Shown: positions 23,701-38,700 of the stretch, in pieces
Numbering within the stretch: position 1 is the first letter of the stretch
How the letters are laid out: each line of letters opens with the position of its first letter
Source of the DNA: Nemertoderma westbladi
Lineage: Eukaryota > Animalia > Xenacoelomorpha
Direction: 5' to 3'
Length of the DNA: 41,991 nt
Assembly (NCBI GenBank): GCA_032718475.1
Contig: JAUCBJ010004132.1
Coordinates: 1 to 41,991, forward strand
Notes under the pieces: generated by a model
The model's database searches: none
Seen by the model: the letters and a program-made list of their open reading frames with translations, nothing else
What the model was told of the DNA's origin: nothing
Made by a program: the position numbers and the translations under genes

Positions 23701-26700
23701 TCCCTCAAAGTGAAGGGCCAAGGTTGTCGTCATCTTGTAGTGATTCCAGGTGAGTGAAACAATCCCTCAAAGTGAAGGGCCAAGGTCGTCGTCATCTTGT
23801 AGTGATTCCAGGTGAGTGAAACAATCCCACACAGTGAAGGGCCAAGGTCGTCGTCATCTTGTAGTGATTCCAGGTTAGTGAAACAATCCCTCAAAGTGAA
23901 GGGCCAAGGTCGTCGTCATCTTGTAGAGATTCCAGGTGAGTGAAACAATTGAGTGAAACAATCCCACACAGTGAAGGCCAAGGTCGTCGTCATCTTGTAG
24001 AGATTCCAGGTTAGTGAAACAATCCCTCAAAGTGAAGGGCCAAGGTCGTCGTCATCTTGTAGTGATTCCAGGTTAGTGAAACAATCCCTCAAAGTGAAGG
24101 GCCAAGGTCGTCGTCATCTTGTAGTGATTCCAGGTGAGTGAAACAATTGAGTGAAACAATCCCACACAGTGAAGGGCCAAGGTCGTCTTCATCTTGTAGT
24201 GATTCCAGGTTAGTGAAACAATCCCTCAAAGTGAAGGGCCAAGGTCGTCGTCATCTTGTAGTGATTCCAGGTGAGTGAAACAATTGAGTGAAACAATCCC
24301 TCAATGTGAAGGGCCAAGGTCGTCGTCACCTTGTAGAGATTCCAGGTTAGTGAAACAATCCCACACAGTGAAGGGCCAAGGTCGTCGTCATCTTGTAGAG
24401 ATTCCAGGTTAGTGAAACAATCCCACACAGTGAAGGGCCAAGGTCGTCGTCATCTTGTAGTGATTCCAGGTTAGTGAAACAATCCCACACAGTGAAGGGC
24501 CAAGGTTGTCGTTATCTTGTAGAGATTCCAGGTGAGTGAAACAATTGAGTGAAACAATCCCACACAGTGAAGGACCAAGGTCGTCGTCATCTTGTAGAGA
24601 TTCCAGGTTATTGAAACAATCCCTCAAAGTGAAGGGCCAAGGTCGTCGTCATCTTGTAGTGATTCCAGGTTATTGAAACAATCCCTCAAAGTGAAGGGCC
24701 AAGGTCGTCGTCATCTTGTAGTGATTCCAGGTGAGTGAAACAATTGAGTGAAACAATCCCACACAGTGAAGGGCCAAGGTCTTCGTCATCTTGTAGAGAT
24801 TCCAGGTTAGTGAAGCAATCCCTCAAAGTGAAGGGCCAAGGTCGTCGTCATCTTGTAGTGATTCCAGGTGAGTGAAACAATTGAGTGAAACAATCCCACA
24901 CAGTGAAGGGCCAAGGTCGTCGTCATCTTGTAGAGATTCCAGGTTAGTGAAACAATCCCTCAAAGTGAAGGGCCAAGGTCGTCGTCATCTTGTAGTGATT
25001 CCAGGTGAGTGAAACAATTGAGTGAAACAATCCCACACAGTGAAGGGCCAAGGTCGTCGTCATCTTGTAGAGATTCCAGGTTAGTGAAACAATCCCTAAA
25101 AGTGAAGGGCCAAGGTCGTCGTCATCTTGTAGTGATTCCAGGTGAGTGAAACAATTGAGTGAAACAATCCCACACAGTGAAGGGCCAAGGTCGTCGTCAT
25201 CTTGTAGAGATTCCAGGTTAGTGAAACAATTGAGTGAAACAAACCCACACAGTGAAGGGCCAAGGTCGTCGTCATCTTGTAGAGATTCCAGGTTAGTGAA
25301 ACAATCCCTCAAAGTGAAGGGCCAAGGTCGTCGTCATCTTGTAGTGATTCCAGGTGAGTGAAACAATTGAGTGAAACAATCCCACACAGTGAAGGGCCAA
25401 GGTCGTCGTCATCTTGTAGAGATTCCAGGTTAGTGAAACAATCCCTCAAAGTGAAGGGCCAAGGTCGTCGTCATCTTGTAGTGATTCCAGGTGAGTGAAA
25501 CAATTGAGTGAAACAATCCCACACAGTGAAGGGCCAAGGTCTTCGTCATCTTGTAGAGATTCCAGGTTAGTGAAGCAATCCCTCAAAGTGAAGGGCCAAG
25601 GTCGTCGTCATCTTGTAGTGATTCCAGGTGAGTGAAACAATTGAGTGAAACAATCCCACACAGTGAAGGGCCAAGGTCGTCGTCATCTTGTAGAGATTCC
25701 AGGTTAGTGAAACAATCCCTCAAAGTGAAGGGCCAAGGTCGTCGTCATCTTGTAGTGATTCCAGGTGAGTGAAACAATTGAGTGAAACAAACCCACACAG
25801 TGAAGGGCCAAGGTCGTCGTCATCTTGTAGAGATTCCAGGTTAGTGAAACAATCCCTCAAAGTGAAGGGCCAAGGTCGTCGTCATCTTGTAGTGATTCCA
25901 GGTGAGTGAAACAATTGAGTGAAACAATCCCACACAGTGAAGGGCCAAGGTCGTCGTCATCTTGTAGAGATTCCAGGTTAGTGAAACAATCCCTCAAAGT
26001 GAAGGGCCAAGGTCGTCGTCATCTTGTAGTGATTCCAGGTGAGTGAAACAATTGAGTGAAACAATCCCACACAGTGAAGGGCCAAGGTCGTCGTCATCTT
26101 GTAGAGATTCCAGGTAAGTGAAACAATCCCTCAAAGTGAAGGGCCAAGGTCGTCGTCATCTTGTAGTGATTCCAGGTGAGTGAAACAATCCCACACAGTG
26201 AAGGGCCAATGTCGTCGTCATCTTGTAGTGATTCCAGGTGAGTGAAACAATCCCTCAAAGTGAAGGGCCAAGGTCGTCGTCATCTTGTAGTGATTCCAGG
26301 TGAGTAAAACAATCCCACACAGTGAAGGGCCAAGGTCGTCGTCATCTTGTAGTGATTCCAGGTTAGTGAAACAATCCCTCAAAGTGAAGGGCCAAGGTCG
26401 TCGTCATCTTGTAGTGATTCCAGGTGAGTAAAACAATCCCACACAGTGAAGGGCCAAGGTCGTCGTCATCTTGTAGTGATCCCAGGTTAGTGAAACAATC
26501 CCTCAAAGTGAAGGGCCAAGGTCGTCGTCATCTTGTAGAGATTCCAGTTGAGTGAAACAATTGAGTGAAACAATCCCACACAGTGAAGGGCCAAGGTCGT
26601 CGTCATTTTGTAGAGATTCCAGGTTAGTGAAACAATCCCTCAAAGTGAAGGGCCAAGGTCGTCGTCATGTTGTAGAGATTCCAGGTTAGTGAAACAATCC

Positions 26701-29700
26701 CACTCAGTGAAGGGCCAAGGTCGTCGTCATCTTCTAGTGATTCCAGGTGAGTGAAACAATTGAGTGAAACAATCCCACACAGTGAAGGGCCAAGGTCGTC
26801 GTCACCTTGTAGAGATTCCAGGTTAGTGAAACAATCCCACACAGTGAAGGACCAAGGTCGTCGTCATGTTGTAGAGATTCCAGGTGAGTGAAACAATCCC
26901 ACACAGTGAAGGGCCAAGGTCGTTGTCATCTTGTAGAGATTCCAGGTGAGTGAAACAATCCCACACAGTGAAGGGCCAAGGTCGTCGTCATCTTGTAGAG
27001 ATTCCAGGTGAGTGAAACAATCCCACACAGTGAAGGGCCAAGGTCGTCGTCATCTTGTAGAGATTCCAGGTGAGTGAAACAATCCCTCAAAGTGAAGGGC
27101 CAAGGTCGTCGTCATCTTGTAGTGATTCCAGGTTAGTGAAACAATCCCACACAGTGAAGGGCCAAGGTCGTCGTCATCTTGTAGAGATTCCAGGTGAGTG
27201 AAACAATCCCACACAGTGAAGGGCAAAGGTCGTTGTCATCTTGTAGAGATTCCAGGTGAGTGAAACAATCCTACACAGTGAAGGGCCAAGGTCGTCGTCA
27301 TCTTGTAGTGATTCCAGGTTAGTGAAACAATCCCACACAGTGAAGGGCCAAGGTCGTCGTCATCTTGTAGAGATTCCAGGTGAGTGAAACAATCCCACAC
27401 AGTGAAGGGCAAAGGTCGTCGTCATCTTGTAGTGATTCCAGGTTAGTGAAACAATCCCTCAAAGTGAAGGGCCAAGGTCGTCGTCATCTTGTAGAGATTC
27501 CAGGTGAGTGAAACAATCCCACACAGTGAAGGGCAAAGGTCGTTGTCATCTTGTAGAGATTCCAGGTGAGTGAAACAATCCCACACAGTGAAGGGCCAAG
27601 GTCGTCGTCATCTTGTAGAGATTCCAGGTGAGTGAAACAATCCCACACAGTGAAGGGCAAAGGTCGTCGTCATCTTGTAGTGATTCCAGGTTAGTGAAAC
27701 AATCCCTCAAAGTGAAGGGCCAAGGTCGTCGTCATCTTGTAGAGATTCCAGGTGAGTGAAACAATTGAGTGAAACAATCCCACACAGTGAAGGGCCAAGG
27801 TCGTCGTCATCTTGTAGAGATTCCAGGTTAGTGAAACAATCCCTCAAAGTGAAGGGCCAAGGTCGTCGTCATCTTGTAGTGATTCCAGGTGAGTGAAACA
27901 ATCCCACACAGTGAAGGGCCAAGGTCGTCGTCATCTTGTAGTGATTCCAGGTTAGTGAAACAATCCCTCAAAGTGAAGGGCCAAGGTCGTCGTCATCTTG
28001 TAGAGATTCCAGGTGAGTGAAACAATTGAGTGAAACAATCCCACACAGTGAAGGGCCAAGGTCGTCGTCATCTTGTAGAGATTCCAGGTTAGTGAAACAA
28101 TCCCTCAAAGTGAAGGGCCAAGGTCGTCGTCATCTTGTAGTGATTCCAGGTTAGTGAAACAATCCCTCAAAGTGAAGGGCCAAGGTCGTCGTCATCTTGT
28201 ATTGATTCCAGGTGAGTGAAACAATTGAGTGAAACAATCCCACACAGTGAAGGGCCAAGGTCGTCGTCATCTTGTAGAGATTCCACGTGAGTGAAACAAT
28301 TGAGTGAAACAATCCCACACAGTGAAGGGCCAAGGTCGTCGTCATCTTGTAGAGATTCCAGGTTAGTGAAACAATCCCTCAAAGTGAAGGGCCAAGGTCG
28401 TCGTCATCTTGTAGTGATTCCAGGTTAGTGAAACAATCCCTCAAAGTGAAGGGCCAAGGTCGTCGTCATCTTGTAGTGATTCCAGGTGAGTGAAACAATT
28501 GAGTGAAACAATCCCTCAATGTGAAGGGCCAAGGTCGTCGTCATCTTGTAGAGATTCCAGGTGAGTGAAACAATTGAGTGAAACAATCCCACACAGTGAA
28601 GGGCCAAGGTCGTCGTCATCTTGTAGAGATTCCAGGTTATTGAAACAATCCCTCAAAGTGAAGGGCCAAGGTCGTCGTCATCTTGTAGTGATTCCAGGTT
28701 ATTGAAACAATCCCTCAAAGTGAAGGGCCAAGGTCGTCGTCATCTTGTAGTGATTCCAGGTGAGTGAAACAATTGAGTGAAACAATCCCACACAGTGAAG
28801 GGCCAAGGTCGTCGTCATCTTGTAGAGATTCCAGGTTAGTGAAACAAACCCTCAAAGTGAAGGGCCAAGGTCGTCGTCATCTTGTAGAGATTCCAGGTTA
28901 GTGAAGCAAACCCTCAAAGTGAAGGGCCAAGGTCGTCGTCATCTTGTAGTGATTCCAGGTGAGTGAAACAATTGAGTGAAACAATCCCACACAGTGAAGG
29001 GCCAAGGTCGTCGTCATCTTGTAGAGATTCCAGGTTAGTGAAACAATCCCTCAAAGTGAAGGGCCAAGGTCGTCGTCATCTTGTAGTGATTCCAGGTGAG
29101 TGAAACAATTGAGTGAAACAATCCCACACAGTGAAGGGCCAAGGTCGTCGTCATCTTGTAGAGATTCCAGGTTAGTGAAACAATCCCTCAAAGTGAAGGG
29201 CCAAGGTCGTCGTCATCTTGTAGTGATTCCAGGTTAGTGAAACAATCCCTCAAAGTGAAGGGCCAAGGTCGTCGTCATCTTGTAGTGATTCCAGGTGAGT
29301 GAAACAATTGAGTGAAACAATCCCACACAGTAAAGGGCCAAGGTCGTCGTCATCTTGTAGAGATTCCAGGTTAGTGAAACAATCCCTCAAAGTGAAGGGC
29401 CAAGGTCGTCGTCATCTTGTAGTGATTCCAGGTGAGTGAAATAATTGAGTGAAACAATCCCACACAGTGAAGGGCCAAGGTCGTCGTCATCTTGTAGAGA
29501 TTCCAGGTTAGTGAAACAATCCCACAAAGTGAAGGGCCAAGGTCGTCGTCATCTTGTAGAGATTCCAGGTGAGTGAAACAATTGAGTGAAACAATCCCAC
29601 ACAGTGAAGGGCCAAGGTCGTCGTCATCTTGTAGAGATTCCAGGTTAGTGAAACAATTGAGTGAAACAATCCCACACAGTGAAGGGCCAAGGTCGTCGTC

Positions 29701-32700
29701 ATCTTGTAGTGATTCCAGGTGAGTGAAACAATTGAGTGAAACAATCCCACACAGTGAAGGGCCAAGGTCGTCGTCATCTTGTAGAGATTCCAGGTTAGTG
29801 AAACAATCCCTCAAAGTGAATGGCCAAGGTCGTCGTCATCTTGTAGTGATTCCAGGTTAGTGAAACAATCCCTCAAAGTGAAGGGCCAAGGTCGTCGTCA
29901 TCTTGTAGTGATTCCAGGTGAGTGAAACAATTGAGTGAAACAATCCCACACAGTAAAGGGCCAAGGTCGTCGTCATCTTGTAGAGATTCCAGGTTAGTGA
30001 AACAATCCCTCAAAGTGAAGGGCCAAGGTCGTCGTCATCTTGTAGTGATTCCAGGTGAGTGAAATAATTGAGTGAAACAATCCCACACAGTGAAGGGCCA
30101 AGGTCGTCGTCATCTTGTAGAGATTCCAGGTTAGTGAAACAATCCCACAAAGTGAAGGGCCAAGGTCGTCGTCATCTTGTAGAGATTCCAGGTGAGTGAA
30201 ACAATTGAGTGAAACAATCCCACACAGTGAAGGGCCAAGGTCGTCGTCATCTTGTAGAGATTCCAGGTTAGTGAAACAATTGAGTGAAACAATCCCACAC
30301 AGTGAAGGGCCAAGGTCGTCGTCATCTTGTAGAGATTCCAGGTTAGTGAAACAATCCCTCAAAGTGAAGGGCCAAGGTCGTCGTCATCTTGTAGTGATTC
30401 CAGGTGAGTGAAACAATTGAGTGAAACAATCCCACACAGTGAAGGGCCAAGGTCGTCGTCATCTTGTAGAGATTCCAGGTTAGTGAAACAATCCCTCAAA
30501 GTGAAGGGCCAAGGTCGTCGTCATCTTGTAGTGATTCCAGGTGAGTGAAACAATTGAGTGAAACAATCCCACACAGTGAAGGGCCAAGGTCGTCGTCATC
30601 TTGTAGAGATTCCAGGTTAGCGAAACAATCCCTCAAAGTGAAGAGACAAGGTCGTCGTCATCTTGTGGAGATTCCAGGTGAGTGAAACAATCCCACACAG
30701 TGAAGGGCCAAGGTCGTCGTCATCTTGTAGTGATTCCAGGTTAGTGAAACAATCCCTCAAAGTGAAGGGCCAAGGTCGTCGTCATCTTGTAGTGATTCCA
30801 GGTGAGTGAAACAATTGAGTGAAACAATCCCACACAGTGAAGGGCCAAGGTCGTCGTCATCTTGTAGAGATTCCAGGTTAGTGAAACAATTGAGTGAAAC
30901 AATCCCACACAGTGAAGGGCCAAGGTCGTCGTCATCTTGTAGAGATTCCAGGTAGTGAAACAATTGAGTGAAACAATCCCACACAGTGAAGGGCCAAGGT
31001 CGTCGTCATCTTGTAGTGATTCCAGGTGGGTGAAACAATCCCACAAAGTGAAGGGCCAAGGTCGTCGTCATCTTGTAGAGATTCCAGGTTAGTGAAACAA
31101 TTGAGTGAAACAATCCCACACAGTGAAGGGCCAAGGTCGTCGTCATCTTGTAGAGATTCCAGGTTAGTGAAACAATCCCACACAGTGAAGGGCCAAGGTC
31201 GTCGTCATCTTGTAGAGATTCCAGGTGAGTGAAACAATCCCACACAGTGAAGGGCCAAGGTCGTCGTCATCTTGTAGAGATTCCAGGTGAGTGAAACAAT
31301 TGAGTGAAACAATCCCACACAGTGAAGGGCCAAGGTCGTCGTCATCTTGTGGAGATTCCAGGTTAGTGAAACAATTGAGTGAAACAATCCCACACAGTGA
31401 AGGGCCAAGGTCGTCGTCATCTTGTAGTGATTCCAGGTGAGTGAAACAATCCCACACAGTGAAGGGCCAAGGTCGTCGTCATCTTGTAGAGATTCCAGGT
31501 TAGTGAAACAATTGAGTGAAACAATCCCACACAGTGAAGGGCCAAGGTCGTCGTCATCTTGTAGAGATTCCAGGTTAGTGAAACAATCCCACACAGTGAA
31601 GGGCCAAGGTCGTCGTCATCTTGTAGAGATTCCAGGTGAGTGAAACAATCCCACACAGTGAAGGGCCAAGGTCGTCGTCATCTTGTAGAGATTCCAGGTG
31701 AGTGAAACAATTGAGTGAAACAATCCCACACAGTGAAGGGCCAAGGTCGTCGTCATCTTGTAGTGATTCCAGGTTAGTGAAACAATCCCACACAGTGAAG
31801 GGCCAAGGTCGTCGTCATCTTGTAGAGATTCCAGGTGAGTGAAACAATCCCACACAGTGAAGGGCCAAGGTCGTCGTCATCTTGTAGAGATTCTAGTTGA
31901 GTGAAACAATCCCACACAGTGAAGGGCCAAGGTCGTCGTCATCTTGTAGTAATTCCAGGTGAGTGAAACAATCCCACACAGTGAAGGGCCAAGGTCGGCG
32001 TCATCTTGTAGTGATTCCAGGTTAGTGAAACAATCCCACACAGTGAAGGGCCAAGGTCGTCGTCATCTTGTAGTGATTCCAGGTGAGTGAAACAATCCCA
32101 CACAGTGAAGGGCCAAGGTCGTCGTCATCTTGTAGAGATTCCAGGTTAGTGAAACAATCCCACACAGTGAAGGGCCAAGGTCGTCGTCATCTTGTAGTCA
32201 TTCCAGGTTAGTGAAACAATCCCACACAGTGAAGGGCCAAGGTCGTCGTCATCTTGTAGTGATTCCAGGTGAGTGAAACAATCCCACACAGTGAAGGGCC
32301 ATGGTCGGCGTCATCTTGTAGTGATTCCAGGTGAGTGAAACAATCCCACACAGTGAAGGGCCAAGGTCGTCGTCATCTTGTAGTGATTCCAGGTGAGTGA
32401 AACAATCCCACACAGTGAAGGGCCAAGGTCGTCGTCATCTTGTAGAGATTCCAGGTGAGTGAAACAATCCCACACAGTGAAGGGCCAAGGTCGTCGTCAT
32501 CTTGTAGAGATTCCAGGTGAGTGAAACAATTGAGTGAAACAATCCCACACAGTGAAGGGCCAAGGTCGTCGTCATCTTGTAGAGATTCCAGGTGAGTGAA
32601 ACAATCCCACACAGTGAAGGGCCAAGGTCGTTGTCATCTTGTAGAGATTCCAGGTGAGTGAAACAATTGAGTGAAACAATCCCACACAGTGAAGGGCCAA

Positions 32701-35700
32701 GGTCGTCGTCATCTTGTAGAGATTCCAGGTGAGTGAAACAATTGAGTGAAACAATCCCACACAGTGAAGGGCCAAGGTTGTCGTCATCTTGTAGAGATTC
32801 CAGGTGAGTGAAACAATTGCGTGAAACAATTGAGCGAAACAATCCCACACAGTGAAGGGCCAAGGTCGTCGTCATCTTGTAGAGATTCCAGGTTAGTGAA
32901 ACAATCCCACACAGTGAAGGGCCAAGGTCGTCATCATCTTGTAGTGATTCCAGGTGAGTGAAACAATCCCACACAGTGAAGGGCCAAGGTCGGCGTCATC
33001 TTGTAGTGATTCCAGGTGAGTGAAACAATCCCACACAGTGAAGGGCCAAGGTCGTCGTCATCTTGTAGTGATTCCAGGTGAGTGAAACAATCCCACACAG
33101 TGAAGGGCCAAGGTCGTCGTCATCTTGTAGAGATTCCAGGTGAGTGAAACAATCCCACACAGTGAAGGGCCAAGGTCGTCGTCATCTTGTAGAGATTCCA
33201 GGTGAGTGAAACAATTGAGTGAAACAATCCCACACAGTGAAGGGCCAAGGTTGTCGTCATCTTGTAGAGATTCCAGGTGAGTGAACAATTGGTGAAGACA
33301 ATCCCACACAGTGAAGGGCCAAGGTCGTCGTCATCTTGTAGTGATTCCAGGTTAGTGAAACAATCCCACACAGTGAAGGGCCAAGGTCGTCGTCATCTTG
33401 TAGTGATTCCAGGTGAGTGAAACAATCCCACACAGTGAAGGGCCAAGGTCGTCGTCATCTTGTAGTGATTCCAGGTGAGTGAAACAATCCCACACAGTGA
33501 AGGGCCAAGGTCGTCGTCATCTTGTAGTGATTCCAGGTGAGTGAAACAATCCCACACAGTGAAGGGCCAAGGTCGTCGTCATCTTGTAGAGATTCCAGGT
33601 GAGTGAAACAATCCCACACAGTGAAGGGCCAAGGTCGTTGTCATCTTGTAGAGATTCCAGGTGAGTGAAACAATTGAGTGAAACAATCCCACACAGTGAA
33701 GGGCCAAGTTCGTCGTCATCTTGTAGAGATTCCAGGTGAGTGAAACAATTGAGTGAAACAATCCCACACAGTGAAGGGCCAAGGTCGTCGTTATCTTGTA
33801 GAGTTTCCAGGTTAGTGAAACAATCCCACACAGTGATTCCAGGTTAGTGAAACAATCCCACACAGTGAAGGGCCAAGGTCGTCGTCATCTTGTAGTGATT
33901 CCAGGTTAGTGAAACAATCCCACACAGTGAAGGGCCAAGGTCGTCGTCATCTTGTAGAGATTCCAGGTGAGTGAAACAATTGAGTGAAACAATCCCACAC
34001 AGTGAAGGGCCAAGGTCGTCGTCATCTTGTAGAGATTCCAGGTTAGTGAAACAATCCCACACAGTGAAGGGCCAAGGTCGTCGTCATCTTGTAGAGATTC
34101 CAGGTTAGTGAAACAATCCCACACAATGAAGGGCCAAGGTCGTCGTCATCTTGTAGAGATTCCAGGTTAGTGAAACAATCCCACACAGTGAAGGGTCATG
34201 GTCGTCGTCATCTTGTAGTGATTCCAGGTGAGTGAAACAATTTAGTGAAACAATCCCACAGAGTGAAGGGCCAAGGTCGTCGTCATCTTGTAGAGATTCC
34301 AGGTTAGTGAAACAATCCCACACAGTGAAGGGCGAAGGTCGTCGTCATCTTGTAGTGATTCCAGGTTAGTGAAACAATCCCACACAGTGAAGGGCCAAGG
34401 TCGTCGTCATCTTGTAGTGATTCCAGGTTAGTGAAACAATCCCACACAGTGAAGGGCCAAGGTCGTCGTCATCTTGTAGTGATTCCAGGTTAGTGAAACA
34501 ATCCCACACAGTGAAGGGCCAAGGTCGTCGTCATCTTGTAGAGATTCCAGGTGAGTGAAACAATTGAGTGAAACAATCCCACACAGTGAAGGGCCAAGGT
34601 CGTCGTCATCTTGTAGAGATTCCAGGTTAGTGAAACAATCCCACACAGTGAAGGGCGAAGGTCGTCGTCATCTTGTAGTGATTCCAGGTTAGTGAAACAA
34701 TCCCACACAGTGAAGGGCCAAGGTCGTCGTCATCTTGTAGTGATTCCAGGTTAGTGAAACAATCCCACACAGTGAAGGGCCAAGGTCGTCGTCATCTTGT
34801 AGTGATTCCAGGTTAGTGAAACAATCCCACACAGTGAAGGGCCAAGGTCGTCGTCATCTTGTAAAGATTCCAGGTGAATGAAACAATTGAGTGAAACAAT
34901 CCCACACAGTGAAGGGCCAAGGTCGTCGTCATCTTTTAGGATTCCAGGTGAGTGAAACAATTGAGTGAAACAATCCCACACAGTGAAGGGCCAAGGTCGT
35001 CGTCATCTTGTAGTGATTCCATGTTAGTGAAACAATCCCACTCAGTGAAGGGCCAAGGTCGTCGTCATCTTGTAGAGATTCCAGGTGAGTGAAACAATCC
35101 CACACAGTGAAGGGCCAAGGTCGTCGTCATTTTGTAGAGATTCCAGGTGAGTGAAACAATTGAGTGAAACAATCCCACACAGAGAAGGGCCAAGGTCGTC
35201 GTCATCTTGTAGAGATTCCAGGTGAGTGAAACAATTGAGTGAAACAATCCCACACAGTGAAGGGCCAAGGTTGTCGTCATCTTGTAGAGATTCCAGGTGA
35301 GTGAAACAATTGAGTGAAACAATCCCACACAGTGAAGGGCCAAGGTCGTCGTCATCTTGTAGAGATTCCAGGTGAGTGAAACAATTGAGTGAAACAATCC
35401 CACACAGTGAAGGGCCAAGGTCGTCGTCATCTTGTAGAGATTCCAGGTTAGTGAAACAATCCCACACAGTGATTCCAGGTTAGTGAAACAATCCCACACA
35501 GTGAAGGGCCAAGGTCGTCGTCATCTTGTAGTGATTCCAGGTTAGTGAAACAATCCCACACAGTGAAGGCCCAAGGTCGTCGTCATCTTGTAGTGATTCC
35601 AGGTGAGTGAAACAATTGCGTGAAACAATCCCACACAGTGAAGGGCCAAGGTCGTCGTCATCTTGTAGAGATTCCAGGTTAGTGAAACAATCCCACACAG

Positions 35701-38700
35701 TGAAGGGCCAAGGTCGTCGTCATCTTGTAGTGATTCCAGGTGAGTGAAACAATTGAGTGAAACAATCCCACACAGTGAAGGCCCAAGGTCGTCGTCATCT
35801 TGTAGTGATTCCAGGTTAGTGAAACAATTGAGTGAAACAATCCCACACAGTGAAGGGCCAAGGTCGTCGTCATCTTGTAGAGATTCCAGGTTAGTGAAAC
35901 AATCCCACACAGTGAAGGGCCAAGGTCGTCGTCATCTTGTAGTGATTCCAGGTTAGTGAAACAATCCCACACAGTGAAGGGCCAAGGTCGTCGTCATCTT
36001 GTAGTGATTCCAGGTTAGTGAAACAATCCCACACAGTGAAGGGCCAAGGTCGTCGTCATCTTGTAGTGATTCCAGGTTAGTGAAACAATCCCACACAGTG
36101 AAGGGCCAAGGTCGTCGTCATCTTGTAGTGATTCCAGGTTAGTGAAACAATCCCACACAGTGAAGGGCCAAGGTCGTCGTCATCTTGTAGAGATTCCAGG
36201 TGAGTGAAACAATTGAGTGAAACAATCCCACACAGTGAAGGGCCAAGGTCGTCGTCATCTTGTAGAGATTCCAGGTGAGTGAAACAATCCCACACAGTGA
36301 AGGGCCAAGGTCGTCGTCATCTTGTAGAGGTTCCAGGTGAGTGAAACAATTGAGTGAAACAATCCCACACAGTGAAGGGCCAAGGTCGTCGTCATCTTGT
36401 AGAGATTCCAGGTGAGTGAAACAATTGAGTGAAACAATCCCACACAGTGAAGGGCCAAGGTCGTCGTCATCTTGTAGAGATTCCAGGTGAGTGAAACAAT
36501 TGAGTGAAACAATTGAGTGAAACAATCCCACACAGTGAAGGGCCAAGGGCGTCGTCATCTTGTAGAGATTCCAGGTGAGTGAAACAATTGAGTGAAACAA
36601 TCCCACACAGTGAAGGGCCAAGGTTGTCGTCATCTTGTAGAGATTCCAGGTGAGTGAAACAATTGAGTGAAACAATCCCACACAGTGAAGGGCCAAGGTT
36701 GTCGTCATCTTGTAGAGATTCCAGGTGAGTGAAACAATTGAGTGAAACAATCCCACACAGTGAAGGGCCAAGGTTGTCGTCATCTTGTAGAGATTCCAGG
36801 TGAGTGAAACAATTGAGTGAAACAATCCCACACAGTGAAGGGCCAAGGTCGTCGTCATCTTGTAGAGATTACAGGTGAGTGAAACAATTGAGTGAAACAA
36901 TCCCACACAGTGAAGGGCCAAGGTCGTCGTCATCTTGTAGAGATTCCAGGTTAGTGAAACAATCCCACACAGTGATTCCAGGTTAGTGAAACAATGCCAC
37001 ACAGTGAAGGGCCAAGGTCGTCGTCATCTTGTAGTGATTCCAGGTTAGTGAAACAATCCCACACAGTGAAGGCCCAAGGTCGTCGTCATCTTGTAGAGAT
37101 TCCAGGTGAGTGAAACAATTGCGTGAAACAATCCCACACAGTGAAGGGCCAAGGTCGTCGTCATCTTGTAGAGATTCCAGGTTAGTGAAACAATCCCACA
37201 CAGTGAAGGGCCAAGGTCGTCGTCATCTTGTAGTGATTCCAGGTTAGTGAAACAATCCCACACAGTGAAGGGCCAAGGTCGTCGTCATCTTGTAGTGATT
37301 CCAGGTTAGTGAAACAATCCCACACAGTGAAGGGCCAAGGTCGTCGTCATCTTGTAGTGATTCCAGGTTAGTGAAACAATCCCACACAGTGAAGGGCCAA
37401 GGTCGTCGTCATCTTGTAGAGATTCCAGGTGAGTGAAACAATTGAGTGAAACAATCCCACACAGTGAAGGGCCAAGGTCGTCGTCATCTTGTAGAGATTC
37501 CAGGTGAGTGAAACAATTGAGTGAAACAATCCCACACAGTGAAGGGTCAAGGTCGTCGTCATCTTGTAGAGATTCCAGGTTAGTGAAACAATCCCACACA
37601 GTGATTCCAGGTGAGTGAAACAATCCCACACAGTGAAGGGCCAAGGTCGTCGTCATCTTGTAGAGATTCCAGGTTAGTGAAACAATCCCACACAGTGAAG
37701 GCCCAAGGTCGTCGTCATCTTGTAGAGATTCCAGGTGAGTGAAACAATTGCGTGAAACAATCCCACACAGTGAAGGGCCAAGGTCGTCGTCATCTTGTAG
37801 AGATTCCAGGTTAGTGAAACAATCCCACACAGTGAAGGGCCAAGGTCGTCGTCATCTTGTAGTGATTCCAGGTTAGTGAAACAATTGAGTGAAACAATCC
37901 CACACAGTGAAGGGCCAAGGTTGTCGTCATCTTGTAGAGATTCCAGGTGAGTGAAACAATTGAGTGAAACAATCCCACACAGTGAAGGGCCAAGGTCGTC
38001 GTCATCTTGTAGAGGTTCCAGGTGAGTGAAGCAATTGAGTGAAACAATCCCACACAGTGAAGGGCCAAGGTCGTCGTCATCTTGTAGAGATTCCAGGTGA
38101 GTGAAACAATTGAGTGAAACAATCCCACACAGTGAAGGGCCAAGGTCGTCGTCATCTTGTAGAGATTCCAGGTGAGTGAAACAATTGAGTGAAACAATTG
38201 AGTGAAACAATCCCACACAGTGACGGGCCAAGGTCGTCGTCATCTTGTAGAGATTACAGGTGAGTGAAACAATTGAGTGAAACAATCCCACACAGTGAAG
38301 GGCCAAGGTTGTCGTCATCTTGTAGAGATTCCAGGTGAGTGAAACAATTGAGTGAAACAATCCCACATAGTGAAGGGCCAAGGTCGTCGTCATCTTGTAG
38401 AGATTCCAGGTGAGTGAAACAATTGAGTGAAACAATCCCACACAGTGAAGGGCCAAGGTCGTCGTCATCTTGTAGAGATTACAGGTGAGTGAAACAATTG
38501 AGTGAAACAATCCCACACAGTGAAGGGCCAAGGTCGTCGTCATCTTGTAGAGATTCCAGGTTGAGTGAAACAATCCCACACAGTGATTCCAGGTTAGTGA
38601 AACAATGCCACACAGTGAAGGGCCAAGGTCGTCGTCATCTTGTAGTGATTCCAGGTTAGTGAAACAATCCCACACAGTGAAGGCCCAAGGTCGTCGTCAT

